DNA from: an uncultured Ignavibacteria bacterium
Lineage (GTDB): Bacteria; Bacteroidota; Ignavibacteria; UBA10030; UBA6906
Direction: 5' to 3'
NCBI GenBank assembly: GCA_963701735.1
Contig: CAVPBI010000001.1
Span: 7,729 to 71,728 of the forward strand
Length of the DNA: 64,000 nt
Shown: in pieces, positions 21,651 through 31,741 of the stretch
Layout: each line of letters begins with the position of its first letter
Numbering within the stretch: the first letter of the stretch is position 1
Notes under the pieces: model-generated
Database searches by the model: none
Told to the model about the DNA's origin: nothing
The model's input: the letters and a program-made list of their open reading frames with translations, nothing else
Position numbers and translations under genes: made by a program

Positions 21651-23900
21651 ATGTTGAAGACTGTGATGATAGGAACCATGATCATCATATCCCTGACTGG
21701 CTGCTCAGATGACATTCACGTTGCGGTGACGGGTGATGATTCAAACGATGGTTCGGTGTCCAGTCCCTTGAAGACAATATCCATGGCTGCCGGGAGAGCA
21801 CAACCCGGCGATGTGATCACCGTTCACCAAGGTGTGTATCGCGAACGGATCGATCCGCCACGAGGGGGAACCTCGGATATGGACCGGATCGTGTTTCGTG
21901 CCGCTCCGGGAGAGGAAGTCATTATTAAGGGGTCAGAGGTCATCACGGGCTGGGAAAGAGTGCAGAATGACACCTGGAAAGCGACAATTCCCAATCGCTT
22001 CTTCGGGGATTTCAATCCGTATGCGGATGTGATCAAAGGAGATTGGTTCGATCCTCTGGGACGCGAACACCACACGGGCGCTGTCTACCTGAACGGTCAC
22101 TGGCTGACCGAGGCCGCGACACTGGATCACGTGTTGCAGCCTGTCGGGAACGCGGCCAGGGCCTATGATCCACGATTCACCGATCATTTGCTGGACATAA
22201 CCTGGTTTCGTCCGGTGCACGATCATGCCCAGCGGATTCCGGCTGCGAGTTTCAGCGATCAACATGGAATCGGAACGGGGCCATGCGTGGAGGGAGGAGA
22301 GTGCATTGGAAGGATCAATCAGGATGACTGGGTTAAATATGCGAAGGTGGATTTTGGTGAAGGTACCAGCACGGTCGAGTTTCGGGCAAGCTCTGGAAAC
22401 CGCCACGGGGGTACCATTCAGATTCGATTGCATGATCCGGATGGAGAGCTTCTTGGCACATGCTCAATACCCACGACGAATGGCTGGCAATTCTGGAGAT
22501 CGTTCATCGCAGAGATCAAGAACGTGAGGGGCATTCAGCCTGTCTGCCTGGTGTTCGAAGCGAACGGGAAGGTCAACGATCCCGATCTCCGTTTATGGTT
22601 CGCCACGGTTGATGACAGCGTGACGAGCATTTGGGCGCAGTTCAAGGACAGTGACCCCAATGACGATCTTGTCGAGATCAATGTCCGCCAGAGTGTCTTC
22701 TACCCGGAAAGAACCGGGATCAACTACATCACTGTTCGCGGTTTCACAATGATGCATGCCGCAACAAATTGGGCGCCGCCCACGGCTGAACAGGTCGGTT
22801 TGATCGGTACACACTGGAGCAAGGGCTGGATCATCGAGAATAATGAGATCAGCTATTCGGTGTGCACCGGTCTCACGCTTGGCAAACACGGTGATGCGTA
22901 TGACAATACGTCGCCGACCTTGGAAGGGTATGTCAAGGCGATCGAGCGTTCACTGGCACGGGGCTGGTCCAAAGCGAATATCGGTCATCATATCGTCCGC
23001 AATAACCATATATCCCATTGCGAACAAGCCGGCATCGTCGGCAGCCTGGGAGCGGTGTTTTCACAGGTTAAAGACAATACGATCCATGACATTCACGTGC
23101 GGAGGCTGTTCACCGGTGCGGAAATGGCCGGGATCAAATTTCATGGTGCGGTTGATACCGAGATCAGCGGCAACCACATTTATAACACAATTCTGGGCAT
23201 CTGGCTTGACTGGATGGCGCAGGGCACCCGGGTCTCGCGCAATATCCTGCACGATAACGGTCCATCCCATGATCTATTCGTCGAAGTCAGTCACGGGCCA
23301 GTTCTCATTGACAACAACATTCTCCTCTCGAATCCAAGCATGATGGTCAATTCGCAGGGTGGAGCGTATGTGCATAACCTGATCGCCGGTCAGGTCCATG
23401 TCCTGTACGGTGAGCAGCGTGAGACGCCCTATCTCAAAGCGCATTCAACAGAAGTGGCAGGAATGGCTCCCAATCCCAGTGGTGACGAGCGTTATTTCAA
23501 TAACATCTTCGTTACATATGGCCTGGTCGAGTATGACCGGGCCACGCTGCCGGTGTTCATGCACGGCAATGTGTTCCTCAACGGCGCCAGGCCTTCGAAG
23601 CATGAGGCAAATGCGATCGTCAATGCGGGCGCCGATCCCGGGATCCAACTCATCGAGAAGGATGACGGCATGTATCTGCACATGGTCATCGATGAATCCT
23701 GGATGAAAGGTGAACGGCAATTGGTGACGACTCAACTGCTGGGTAAAGCACACACGCCACAATTGCCCTACGAAATGCCGGATGGTTCTCCGTATATCAT
23801 AGGCGAGGATTTCCTGGGTGAAGACAGAGACGCCGCTAAGCCGGGGCCCGGGCCATTTGAATTCACGAAGGATGGTGACCGGGTATTCAAAGTACGATGA
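21651..23900 (+). CDS. GH120-like beta-xylosidase (right-handed beta-helix) with inserted CBM6-like module; probable lipoprotein
   Basis: NWAPPTAEQVGLIGTHWSKGWIIENN, AGIKFHGA, GIWLDW motifs; CBM6-like DWVKYAKVDFG...TNGWQ; LTGC lipobox; RBS ggagg. Confidence 0.8.
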   Translation: MLKTVMIGTMIIISLTGCSDDIHVAVTGDDSNDGSVSSPLKTISMAAGRAQPGDVITVHQGVYRERIDPPRGGTSDMDRIVFRAAPGEEVIIKGSEVITGWERVQNDTWKATIPNRFFGDFNPYADVIKGDWFDPLGREHHTGAVYLNGHWLTEAATLDHVLQPVGNAARAYDPRFTDHLLDITWFRPVHDHAQRIPAASFSDQHGIGTGPCVEGGECIGRINQDDWVKYAKVDFGEGTSTVEFRASSGNRHGGTIQIRLHDPDGELLGTCSIPTTNGWQFWRSFIAEIKNVRGIQPVCLVFEANGKVNDPDLRLWFATVDDSVTSIWAQFKDSDPNDDLVEINVRQSVFYPERTGINYITVRGFTMMHAATNWAPPTAEQVGLIGTHWSKGWIIENNEISYSVCTGLTLGKHGDAYDNTSPTLEGYVKAIERSLARGWSKANIGHHIVRNNHISHCEQAGIVGSLGAVFSQVKDNTIHDIHVRRLFTGAEMAGIKFHGAVDTEISGNHIYNTILGIWLDWMAQGTRVSRNILHDNGPSHDLFVEVSHGPVLIDNNILLSNPSMMVNSQGGAYVHNLIAGQVHVLYGEQRETPYLKAHSTEVAGMAPNPSGDERYFNNIFVTYGLVEYDRATLPVFMHGNVFLNGARPSKHEANAIVNAGADPGIQLIEKDDGMYLHMVIDESWMKGERQLVTTQLLGKAHTPQLPYEMPDGSPYIIGEDFLGEDRDAAKPGPGPFEFTKDGDRVFKVR

Positions 23901-24118
23901 AGAGTATTCTTCGGGGTGTTGCTGATGTGTTTGTGTCGCGCTTCAGAAGTCCAATGCACGCTGAACCACTACATGGATGCTTGAAGATGGAATCCCGTGA
24001 AGCGGGATCGGGCGGGGGTGCTGCAGGCCAGGCAAGAGGGGTGTGGTGTGAGACCCGGGGGTTCAGGTATGACGTCTGTGCGCGAGGTTAGGTTGTTTCC
24101 GCTCGTGCGACCGGAGGG

Positions 24119-27100
24119 ATGATCATGCCGCTCCGCCCGTACCTCGCTTCTGTCCTCCTGTGTGCACTCTGCCTTCCCCAAGCGCGTGTGCTCTCTGCTG
24201 ATCACCAGTTGAGAGTCCTGCTGCTGACCGGGAAGAACAACCACGATTGGCAGCAGACAACACCGGTGCTGACCAGGGTGCTCGAAGAGAGCGGCCGGTT
24301 CCAGGTGCGCGTGCTGAACGATCCCTCGCTTTGTGACGAGCGCCTGCTGGAGGAGTGCGATGTCGTTGTCAGCAACTGGACGAATTTTCCCTCCCGGGAG
24401 CGGGAATGGGGCCGGGCCGCAGAGAGCGCGATCATGGAATTCGTCAGATCCGGCAAGGGGTTTGTTGTGGTCCACGCCGCGAGCGCGACGTTCCCTGCAT
24501 GGCCCGAGTACCAGCAGCTCGTCGGCGCGACCTGGGGAGACAGCACCGGCCACGGAGCGTATCACGCGTTCAATGTCTCGGTGGCGGACACCGGGCATCC
24601 GGTGACCCGGGTCGTCGGCGATTTCACGGCGGAGGATGAACTGTGGCACCGGATGACCAGGCAGCCGGAGGCACACATCCTGTGTGCGGCCTATTCCGAC
24701 ACTGCCAAAGGCGGCAGCGGTCGCCGGGAGCCCGTCGCCTACGGCACGGCGTTCGGGAGCGGGCGTTCTTTCAATCTCGTGCTTGGCCACGATGTCCTGG
24801 CGATGCTGAACCCAAACTGGAGGATGCTGCTCCTGCGGGGGACGGAGTGGGCCGCAACCGCTGAAGCCTCGATCGACCTCCCGTACGACATTGCGCAGGC
24901 GCTGCAGAGAGCCGTTTCCGCTGCTGCCCCGGGCCGGGAAGAACTGGGGGCAGTGGGACAGCTCGTGCAATCGTCATCCCGCAACCCGGTCCTTCGACGA
25001 GCACTGGCGCAAGCCATGGCCGGGATGCTCGGAAGCGACGCGTCGACAGCCTGGAAGAAGTATTTCTGTGAACAGCTCTCTCTGATCGGGACCGCAGATG
25101 AGGTCCCTTCGCTGGCGCGACTTCTGAATGATCCAACGCTCGGCTTTCATGCCCGCTTTGCACTCGAGAGGATTCCCGGCGGCGAATCCGCTGGCGCGCT
25201 GAAAGGAGCGGCCGCGACCGCTGCAGGCCTGCCGCTCATCGGTGAGATCAATGCGCTGGGGGAGAGGAGGGACGCTCAGGCAGTCGAACTGCTGGGGCGG
25301 TATGCCGCTGGCACTCATGACGCAGCGGTGAAGGGGGCTGCCATCCATGCCCTCGGGAAGATCGGGGGCCCGGATGCCGTGCGCCTCCTGCGGGCTTTTC
25401 CCGCCGACAGTTCGCCGGGCCTGCTTGTGGGCGAGTCGCTGTTGCGGTGTGCCGGGTCGTACGAATCCGCCGGGGATCTCTCTGAGGCGGCGGAGATATA
25501 CGAATCGCTCAACAACTCCGGGCAGCTCCCACAGATCCGTGCGGCCGCCTTTGTCGGGGTCATCCGCTGCCGGGAGGATCGTGGCCAGGCCATGCTGACC
25601 GACGCCATGCAAAGCGGGGACGACGTCCTGTATGGAGCCGCTCTTCGGGTTCTGAGAGAGCCCGGCGGCAAGCACGATGGCGGCGGTCGTGGCCGCCCGC
25701 ACGTCGAAGCTGCCCGATGCACGGCGTGCGCAGATGTTCTATGCGCTGGCTGATGCGGGAGAGCGCGGAGCCCTTCCGGACATGTATGCAGCCGTCGCCC
25801 ATCGTAACCGGTCGCTCCGGACCGCCGCAGTCTTCGGGATCGGAAAGCTCGGCGACTCCTCGAGCGTCGGGCGGTTGTGCGCGGTGATCGACAAAGCCGA
25901 CGCGGAACAGCGCGCCGGGATCAGAAACAGCCTCGCCCGCCTTCACGGTCCGGGTATCGACGAACGCTTGCTTGCCATTCTCGCATCCAGATCGACGCCC
26001 GCAGTGAAGGAGCAGGTCATGTTCGCCCTGGCAGCCCGCGACTGCCGGAACGCTGTGCCCGCGCTGCTGGAAGCTGTGAATGCCGGCGGTGCCGGAGTCA
26101 GAAAGGCCGGCATCGAAGCGCTGGGATCGCTGGCTGACGGCTCAATCAGCCCCGACCTGGTCCAGATGCTCAAGTCAGACCGGTTTGCAGCCGAGCGGTC
26201 GTCCCTCGTGAAAACACTGATAAGGATCGGTCTCCGTGATCAGGCGCCCGACCGCGTGTGCAACGCGGTCCTGGCGGGACTTCCCGGTCCATCGCCCGAT
26301 GCCAGAGCATCGATGTTCCAGGTCCTCGGCAAGTTCGGCGGCGAGAAATCCTATCTGGCCGTCCGGTCCGCTCTCTCGGATCCCGATCCCGAGGTCCGGG
26401 CGGCAGCGGTCCGCGTCCTGTCCGCCTGGCCTGACAGCGCACCTCTGGAGGATCTCCTGATGCTGTCCCATACGCCCGGCGATCCGGGTCCGCGGACTCT
26501 CGCGCTGCGCGGCGGCGTAAGCCTTCTGGAGAAGTCGCCCGATCTGAAGGATGAGGAGCGCGTCAGGATCATCGAACGGGAACTGCGAAGCGCCGACTCC
26601 GATGAGGCGAAGCTGTTGTTGCTCAGCGCACTGGGGAAACAATCGTCCCTGCAGGCCCTCCGCGTTGCCGTTTCGTGCCTCGATCAGCCCGAAATCGGCG
26701 ATGAAGCTGCGCTGGCGGTTGTCGGGATAGTCCAGACGGCCGGGAGGCAATATCCGGCCGAGAGCCGCAAGGCGCTCGGGAGGGCTCTTGAATCAGTCCA
26801 GTCGCCCCCCGTTGCGAAGCAGGTGAGCTCCGAGCTCGCCCGACTGGATTTTCAGACCGGGGAGGGGAACATGAAGGTAGCTGTCGTCACCGGTGGCCAC
26901 GAATTCGACGAGCCGGCGTTTCTCCGGCTGTTCACATCTGACAAGGGGATCACATACACGCATCTGCCGCAGGCCGACGATAGCGAGGTCTTCGATGAGA
27001 TTGGCGCATGGCCGTATGATGTGATCGTCCTCTACAATTTCACCCAGAAGATCTCTGAAAAGCGGCGTGACAATTTTCTGCGCCTGCTTGATGACGGTGT

Positions 27101-27572
27101 GGGCGTGGTCTCTCTGCATCACGCGAGCGGCGCGTTTCAGGAGTGGTGCGAGTATCCGAAAATCATCGGATGCCGGTATCTCCTTTCGCCGGCGGAGCGG
27201 GACGGAGCACGCCGGGAGCCGAGCACCTATCAGCATGATGTCGATATTCCCGTCCATGTCACGGATACGACGCATGCGGTCGTCCGCGGTGTGCGCGATT
27301 TCGTCGTTCGCGATGAAACCTACAAGGGCTGTGAATTCGAGCCGGACAATCATCTTCTCCTCACGACCACTGAGAAGAGCAGCGACGAACCTCTTGGATG
27401 GACGAGGACCTGCCGGCGCTCCCGCGTCGTTCACTTCCAGCTCGGGCATGGCCCGGAGATCTTTGAGAACGAACAGTTCCGTGTGCTCGTCGCGCAGGCT
27501 GTGCAATGGTGTGCCGAAGGCAGGCGGGAACAGACTCCGAGGGAGCAGAACAGCCGGCGGAGCGGACAATGA
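24119..27572 (+). CDS. ThuA-like / HEAT-repeat / ThuA-like protein, split by a +1 frameshift near 25670
   Basis: LLTGKNNHDW...DELW...LGHD ThuA domain; HEAT repeats continue across ORFs 24119 and 25677; second ThuA domain from internal ATG 26871. Confidence 0.75.
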
Positions 27573-28873
27573 GAACCAACGGGCTGTCGAGAAGGTCGTT
27601 TCTGCGGGGGGCGACCGCATCCGCGCTGGGCACGTTCGTCCTGCCGCTCATGAGTCCCTCATGGACGATGGGGAAGGCACGTATCCCTCCCCCCGGGCGG
27701 CGGGTCAACCTCGGCCACATCGGCGTTGGGGGGCAGGGAACCGGCCTGCTGATGGGTTTCCTGGAGGTCGAGGAATGTCAGAGTGTAGCCGTCTGCGATC
27801 CTTTCAAGAACCGCCGTGAGGCAGCCGCCGAACTTGTGAACAAGAAGTACGCAACCCGAAAGAAAAGCGGTCAGTACAAAGGGTGCGTGACGTATGAAGA
27901 TTTTCGGGAGCTGCTCTCACATCCTGGCATCGATGCGGTGGTCATCGCCACTCCCGACCACTGGCACGTGCCGATTGCGCTGGCCGCGGTGCGTGCGGGC
28001 AAAGACATCTATGTCGAGAAGCCCCTCGGCCTCAGCATAGCTCAGAACAAAGCGTTGCGCTCGGCCGTCCACCGTTACGGGAGTGTCTTTCAGTACGGCA
28101 CACAGCAACGGTGCTTCAACTCGCACTGTGCCTTCGCCTGTGAACTGGTTCGGAACGGATATCTGGGGAAGATCCGGGAGATACACGTGGAGGCCCCCGC
28201 CGGAGTTTCTGGCGGGTGTCTCGATACAGCGCCGATCCCTGAGGGCTTCAACTACGACCTATGGCTCGGTCCGGCGCCGGAGAGCCCGTACACTCTGGAT
28301 CGTTGCACGAACCTGGGAACCTATCATATATATGATAATTCGCTGGGCTTCATCGCCGGATGGGGTGCCCACCCCCTGGACGTCATGCATTGGGGTTATC
28401 CGCATATCCCCATCGAATACGAAGGGACCGGCACCATTCCGCGCACGGGTTTGTACAGCACCGTGACCAACTGGGCGATTCGAGGGAGTTTTGCGGACGG
28501 AGCGCTCTTCTCGTTCAAGGACGGTCCGGACAGGACGACGTTCGTGGGGGAAGAGGGTTGGGTTGCGGCCTCACGCGCCGGCATCGAAGCCCATCCCGGC
28601 ACCCTCCTCGACGTCGTGATCAAACCGGGTGAAATCCATCTACTGCAAAGCACGAATCACTATCAGGACTTCGTCAACTGCGTCGCATCCCGCAGACTGC
28701 CATCCAGCCCGATCGACAGTGCGGTCCAGTCGGACTTCGTCAGCCACCTGAGCGATATCGCCGTTCGGACTGGGCGGAGAATCCATTGGGATCCGGTCAG
28801 GGAGGAGATTGTGGGGGATGGGATAGCCGCAGCCAGGCTGCTTCGGCCAATGCGGAGCCCGTGGTGTCTGTAG
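27569..28873 (+). CDS. Gfo/Idh/MocA family oxidoreductase, Tat-exported
   Basis: SRRSFL Tat motif, IGVGGQG, IATPDHWH, YVEKP, YDLWLGPAP; overlaps the upstream stop. Confidence 0.9.
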   Translation: MRTNGLSRRSFLRGATASALGTFVLPLMSPSWTMGKARIPPPGRRVNLGHIGVGGQGTGLLMGFLEVEECQSVAVCDPFKNRREAAAELVNKKYATRKKSGQYKGCVTYEDFRELLSHPGIDAVVIATPDHWHVPIALAAVRAGKDIYVEKPLGLSIAQNKALRSAVHRYGSVFQYGTQQRCFNSHCAFACELVRNGYLGKIREIHVEAPAGVSGGCLDTAPIPEGFNYDLWLGPAPESPYTLDRCTNLGTYHIYDNSLGFIAGWGAHPLDVMHWGYPHIPIEYEGTGTIPRTGLYSTVTNWAIRGSFADGALFSFKDGPDRTTFVGEEGWVAASRAGIEAHPGTLLDVVIKPGEIHLLQSTNHYQDFVNCVASRRLPSSPIDSAVQSDFVSHLSDIAVRTGRRIHWDPVREEIVGDGIAAARLLRPMRSPWCL

Positions 28874-29018
28874 AAGCGCACGTCCATACGACTTCCCGCC
28901 TGGTCGACGGGAACAGCCGTGGCCGGATCCTGGTCACCCTCCACAGAGTGAGGGGGAGAGCAGGTCTTCTTCTGACGCTGCAGTGTCGAACACGCCACTG
29001 GAAGAACCCGAGGAAACA

Positions 29019-30884
29019 ATGAGAACACGCTCCGTCCACCTTGCACCCGGGATACTTGCTGCCCTCCTCCTCACGGTGGCCCCGGGAGTCGCATTGTCCC
29101 AATACACGGTGCGGTCGCCCTATCTTATGGACCCGACGCTCGCGATCGGATACGTCGACAGTTGCGCCACATTCTGGGAAAAGGCCTACGATTCACTGAA
29201 CGGCGGATTCTTCACGAACATCGGCCGGTCGGGAAACGTGAAGACCCCATACGACAAGTATCTCCTGAGCCAGACGAGAAATGCCTACGGTTTCGTGCGG
29301 GCGTTCATGCTGACCGGTCAGGAGCGGTATCTCACGATGGCCCGGCGGGCGCTCGACTTCATGTACCGGCACCACTGGGACACCACACGTGGCGGCTGGA
29401 TCACGATGGTCGACCGGTTCGGTGGCCAGACAAGCGCCGGCTGGCAGAAGACGGCGTTCGACCAGCACTATGCTCTGCTGGGACCTTCTGCCTATGTCGA
29501 GGCCACCCAGGACACGCTCGACTGGGCGTGGCTGAACGATGGCTACGAAAGCAACGAGACACACCTCTGGGATTCCGGCCCGACCTCCGAGGGGTACTTT
29601 GACAACGCCAGTGCCGACTGGTCCGTCCGTACCGGGAAGAGCTTCAATGCCACAGTGGATGCCGTGACCACCCACCTGCTCACCATGTATCTGATGACGC
29701 AGGATGCGCTGTATGCGACGCGGCTGAAACAAATGGCCGATCAAATGGTCCAGCGGTTTGCGGGAACGATGGGTCAGCAACGCATCGGTTTCGTAGAGAT
29801 GTTTTCCACCGATTGGAGCTGGAGCAACACTACTGCGAACAACAACACCAGGACGATCATGGGGCATGTGCTCAAGACCGCATGGTGTCTGGGGAGGATT
29901 CATCAGCTGTTTCCTGATCCGCTGTACGTGGCGACGGCCGAATCGCTCATGAATGATGTGCTGGCAAAAGGATACGATCATCATTACGGCGGCCCGTACA
30001 AGGACTATGACCGTGTGACAGGCGAGATGTTCATGTACGGGCAGGACACCGCGAAAGCCTGGTGGCAGATGGAACAGGCGATCACGGCGGGTCTGATGCT
30101 GTACGAGATCACGAAGAAGGAATCCTATCTTGCGGCGGCCGATGCGACCGTCGATTTCTTCATGCGGTACTTCGTCGATCACGTCTATGGCGACGTGTAC
30201 TCTGACCGTTTCCGGAATGGCGCCGCCATTACGGCATGGGGGAACGACAAGGGCAATGCGTACAAGGCTGGCTATCACTCGATTGAGCTGGGGTATTATC
30301 TCTACCTGTATGGCAATCTCTTCGTCAGGGGCCTGCCGGTTACACTCTACTACCGGTTTCAGGCGCTCGACGAGGAACGCGAGATCAGGTTGAACCCCCT
30401 TGCGTACTCCTCGCCGAAGTACAGGATCCAGCACGTGCTTGCCGACGGCACGGAGTACACGGAGTTCGATGCCGCGAACCGCACCCTCCACCTGCCTCCC
30501 GGAACAGGAGGGCTATTCGCGGTGAGATACGAGCCGGTGCTGACCGGGACAGGTTCACTGGCAGATGGTGCCCCGCAGTCAATCAGGCTGCTGCAGAATT
30601 TTCCCAATCCCTTCAATCCGGCCACGACAATCCGGTATGCGCTGCCAGAAGCGGCAGTGGTGAGGCTGGCGGTATTCAACGCTGTTGGTCAGCGTGTGGC
30701 AGATCTGGTGGATGAGACACAGGCGGCAGGGTACCACGAAGTGCGGTTTGACGGGTCCTCGCTCTCGTCGGGAGTGTACTTCTACAGGTTGCAGGTCCGC
30801 CCTCTGGAGTCCGCCATCGGGCGTGACTCCAGGAGCGAAGCGGGTGATTTTGTGCAGACAAAGAGGCTTCTGCTTTTGAAATAG
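29019..30884 (+). CDS. AGE-family epimerase/isomerase-like protein (N-acylglucosamine/cellobiose 2-epimerase fold) with signal peptide and T9SS CTD
   Basis: DSLNGGFF, QTRNAYGF, GHVLKTAW, WWQMEQA, KAGYH motifs; QNFPNPFNPAT CTD. Confidence 0.8.
   Translation: MRTRSVHLAPGILAALLLTVAPGVALSQYTVRSPYLMDPTLAIGYVDSCATFWEKAYDSLNGGFFTNIGRSGNVKTPYDKYLLSQTRNAYGFVRAFMLTGQERYLTMARRALDFMYRHHWDTTRGGWITMVDRFGGQTSAGWQKTAFDQHYALLGPSAYVEATQDTLDWAWLNDGYESNETHLWDSGPTSEGYFDNASADWSVRTGKSFNATVDAVTTHLLTMYLMTQDALYATRLKQMADQMVQRFAGTMGQQRIGFVEMFSTDWSWSNTTANNNTRTIMGHVLKTAWCLGRIHQLFPDPLYVATAESLMNDVLAKGYDHHYGGPYKDYDRVTGEMFMYGQDTAKAWWQMEQAITAGLMLYEITKKESYLAAADATVDFFMRYFVDHVYGDVYSDRFRNGAAITAWGNDKGNAYKAGYHSIELGYYLYLYGNLFVRGLPVTLYYRFQALDEEREIRLNPLAYSSPKYRIQHVLADGTEYTEFDAANRTLHLPPGTGGLFAVRYEPVLTGTGSLADGAPQSIRLLQNFPNPFNPATTIRYALPEAAVVRLAVFNAVGQRVADLVDETQAAGYHEVRFDGSSLSSGVYFYRLQVRPLESAIGRDSRSEAGDFVQTKRLLLLK
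30795..30839 (+). repeat. 45-bp in-frame palindromic element in the T9SS CTD (VRPLESAIGRDSRSE)
   Basis: Absent from the closely similar CTD at 35409-35654; contains ctggagtc-cgcc-atcg-ggcg-t-gactccag. Confidence 0.85.
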
Positions 30885-30934
30885 TATCACCTGATACCAG
30901 GTGTCGGTGGGTTTATAGTTTACGATCTCGTCTC

Positions 30935-31741
30935 TCAGGAGTCAAGCGGTACCAGGTCGAGGTACTGCTTGACGACTGAGGGAGCGAGACGGATGATACG
31001 GGAGATGACCTCGGGATCATCGAATTTGGTTGATAAGAGCCTGACGGATTCGAAGTCACGGATGTAGCGCTCCACGGCTTCTCTGGAGTGGTTGGTTTTC
31101 GTGCAAATGGTTGGTGTGAGATAGCCCTTGAGGTGAAGGGCAATGATCACACGTTTGTGCGTCTGGCCGCCGCCAATAAGCTGGATGTTGCCGCGAGTAG
31201 GGAGGGATCGGTTGTACAGATTCTGGTACTCGCGGACGCAGACTCCAACGGTGACGGTGGTGCTCGCCAGGAGAACGGCGAGATCAAGCTGAGAGAGCAG
31301 CGCCCCCTGGTCGTAGGCTTGGTGTGTCCAGCGCTCGATCTTCTTCATCTTGAGTTCGTGAGCGCCTACAGGGGTTTTCAGGCCTTCAATATCGTCGTCG
31401 GTGATCATGTCGAGGACCACCGGCTTGAGTCTGGTCTGGGCCATGGATTTGCCCTTCTTGGGGTACTCGTCGACTGGGACAGCATGCCAGACGATCTGTC
31501 CCTGCTTCAGGAACGAATTGTCCTTGTAGCGGTAGTACTGCTCGATGAGGGCGAGCAAATCATCGATGATGGCGGAGGCAGTGACAGCGCCCTTATCGTA
31601 GCCGTAATGGTTCAGGAAGCGGTCTAGGACGATGTGCTTCAGAGATTTGCCCTTCATGCGCTTGTACTCACGAAAGGCGTCGGCAGCAGGCGAATGATCG
31701 CGGGTGTCCCTGGGGATGAAGCGTAAGTTCTTTGCAATCAT
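30935..31741 (-). CDS. DUF1670-like HTH protein (element ORF B)
   Basis: AYDQGALLSQLDLA, LPTRG..IGGGQTHK, HSREAVERY; ATGA overlap with ORF A. Confidence 0.85.
   Translation of the reverse strand: MIAKNLRFIPRDTRDHSPAADAFREYKRMKGKSLKHIVLDRFLNHYGYDKGAVTASAIIDDLLALIEQYYRYKDNSFLKQGQIVWHAVPVDEYPKKGKSMAQTRLKPVVLDMITDDDIEGLKTPVGAHELKMKKIERWTHQAYDQGALLSQLDLAVLLASTTVTVGVCVREYQNLYNRSLPTRGNIQLIGGGQTHKRVIIALHLKGYLTPTICTKTNHSREAVERYIRDFESVRLLSTKFDDPEVISRIIRLAPSVVKQYLDLVPLDS

Noticed and set aside
25660-25690. Separate genes for ThuA-HEAT and HEAT-ThuA
   Set aside because: HEAT repeats run continuously across a +1 shift and the post-shift tail of the first ORF is not protein-like. A genuine two-gene arrangement cannot be fully excluded.
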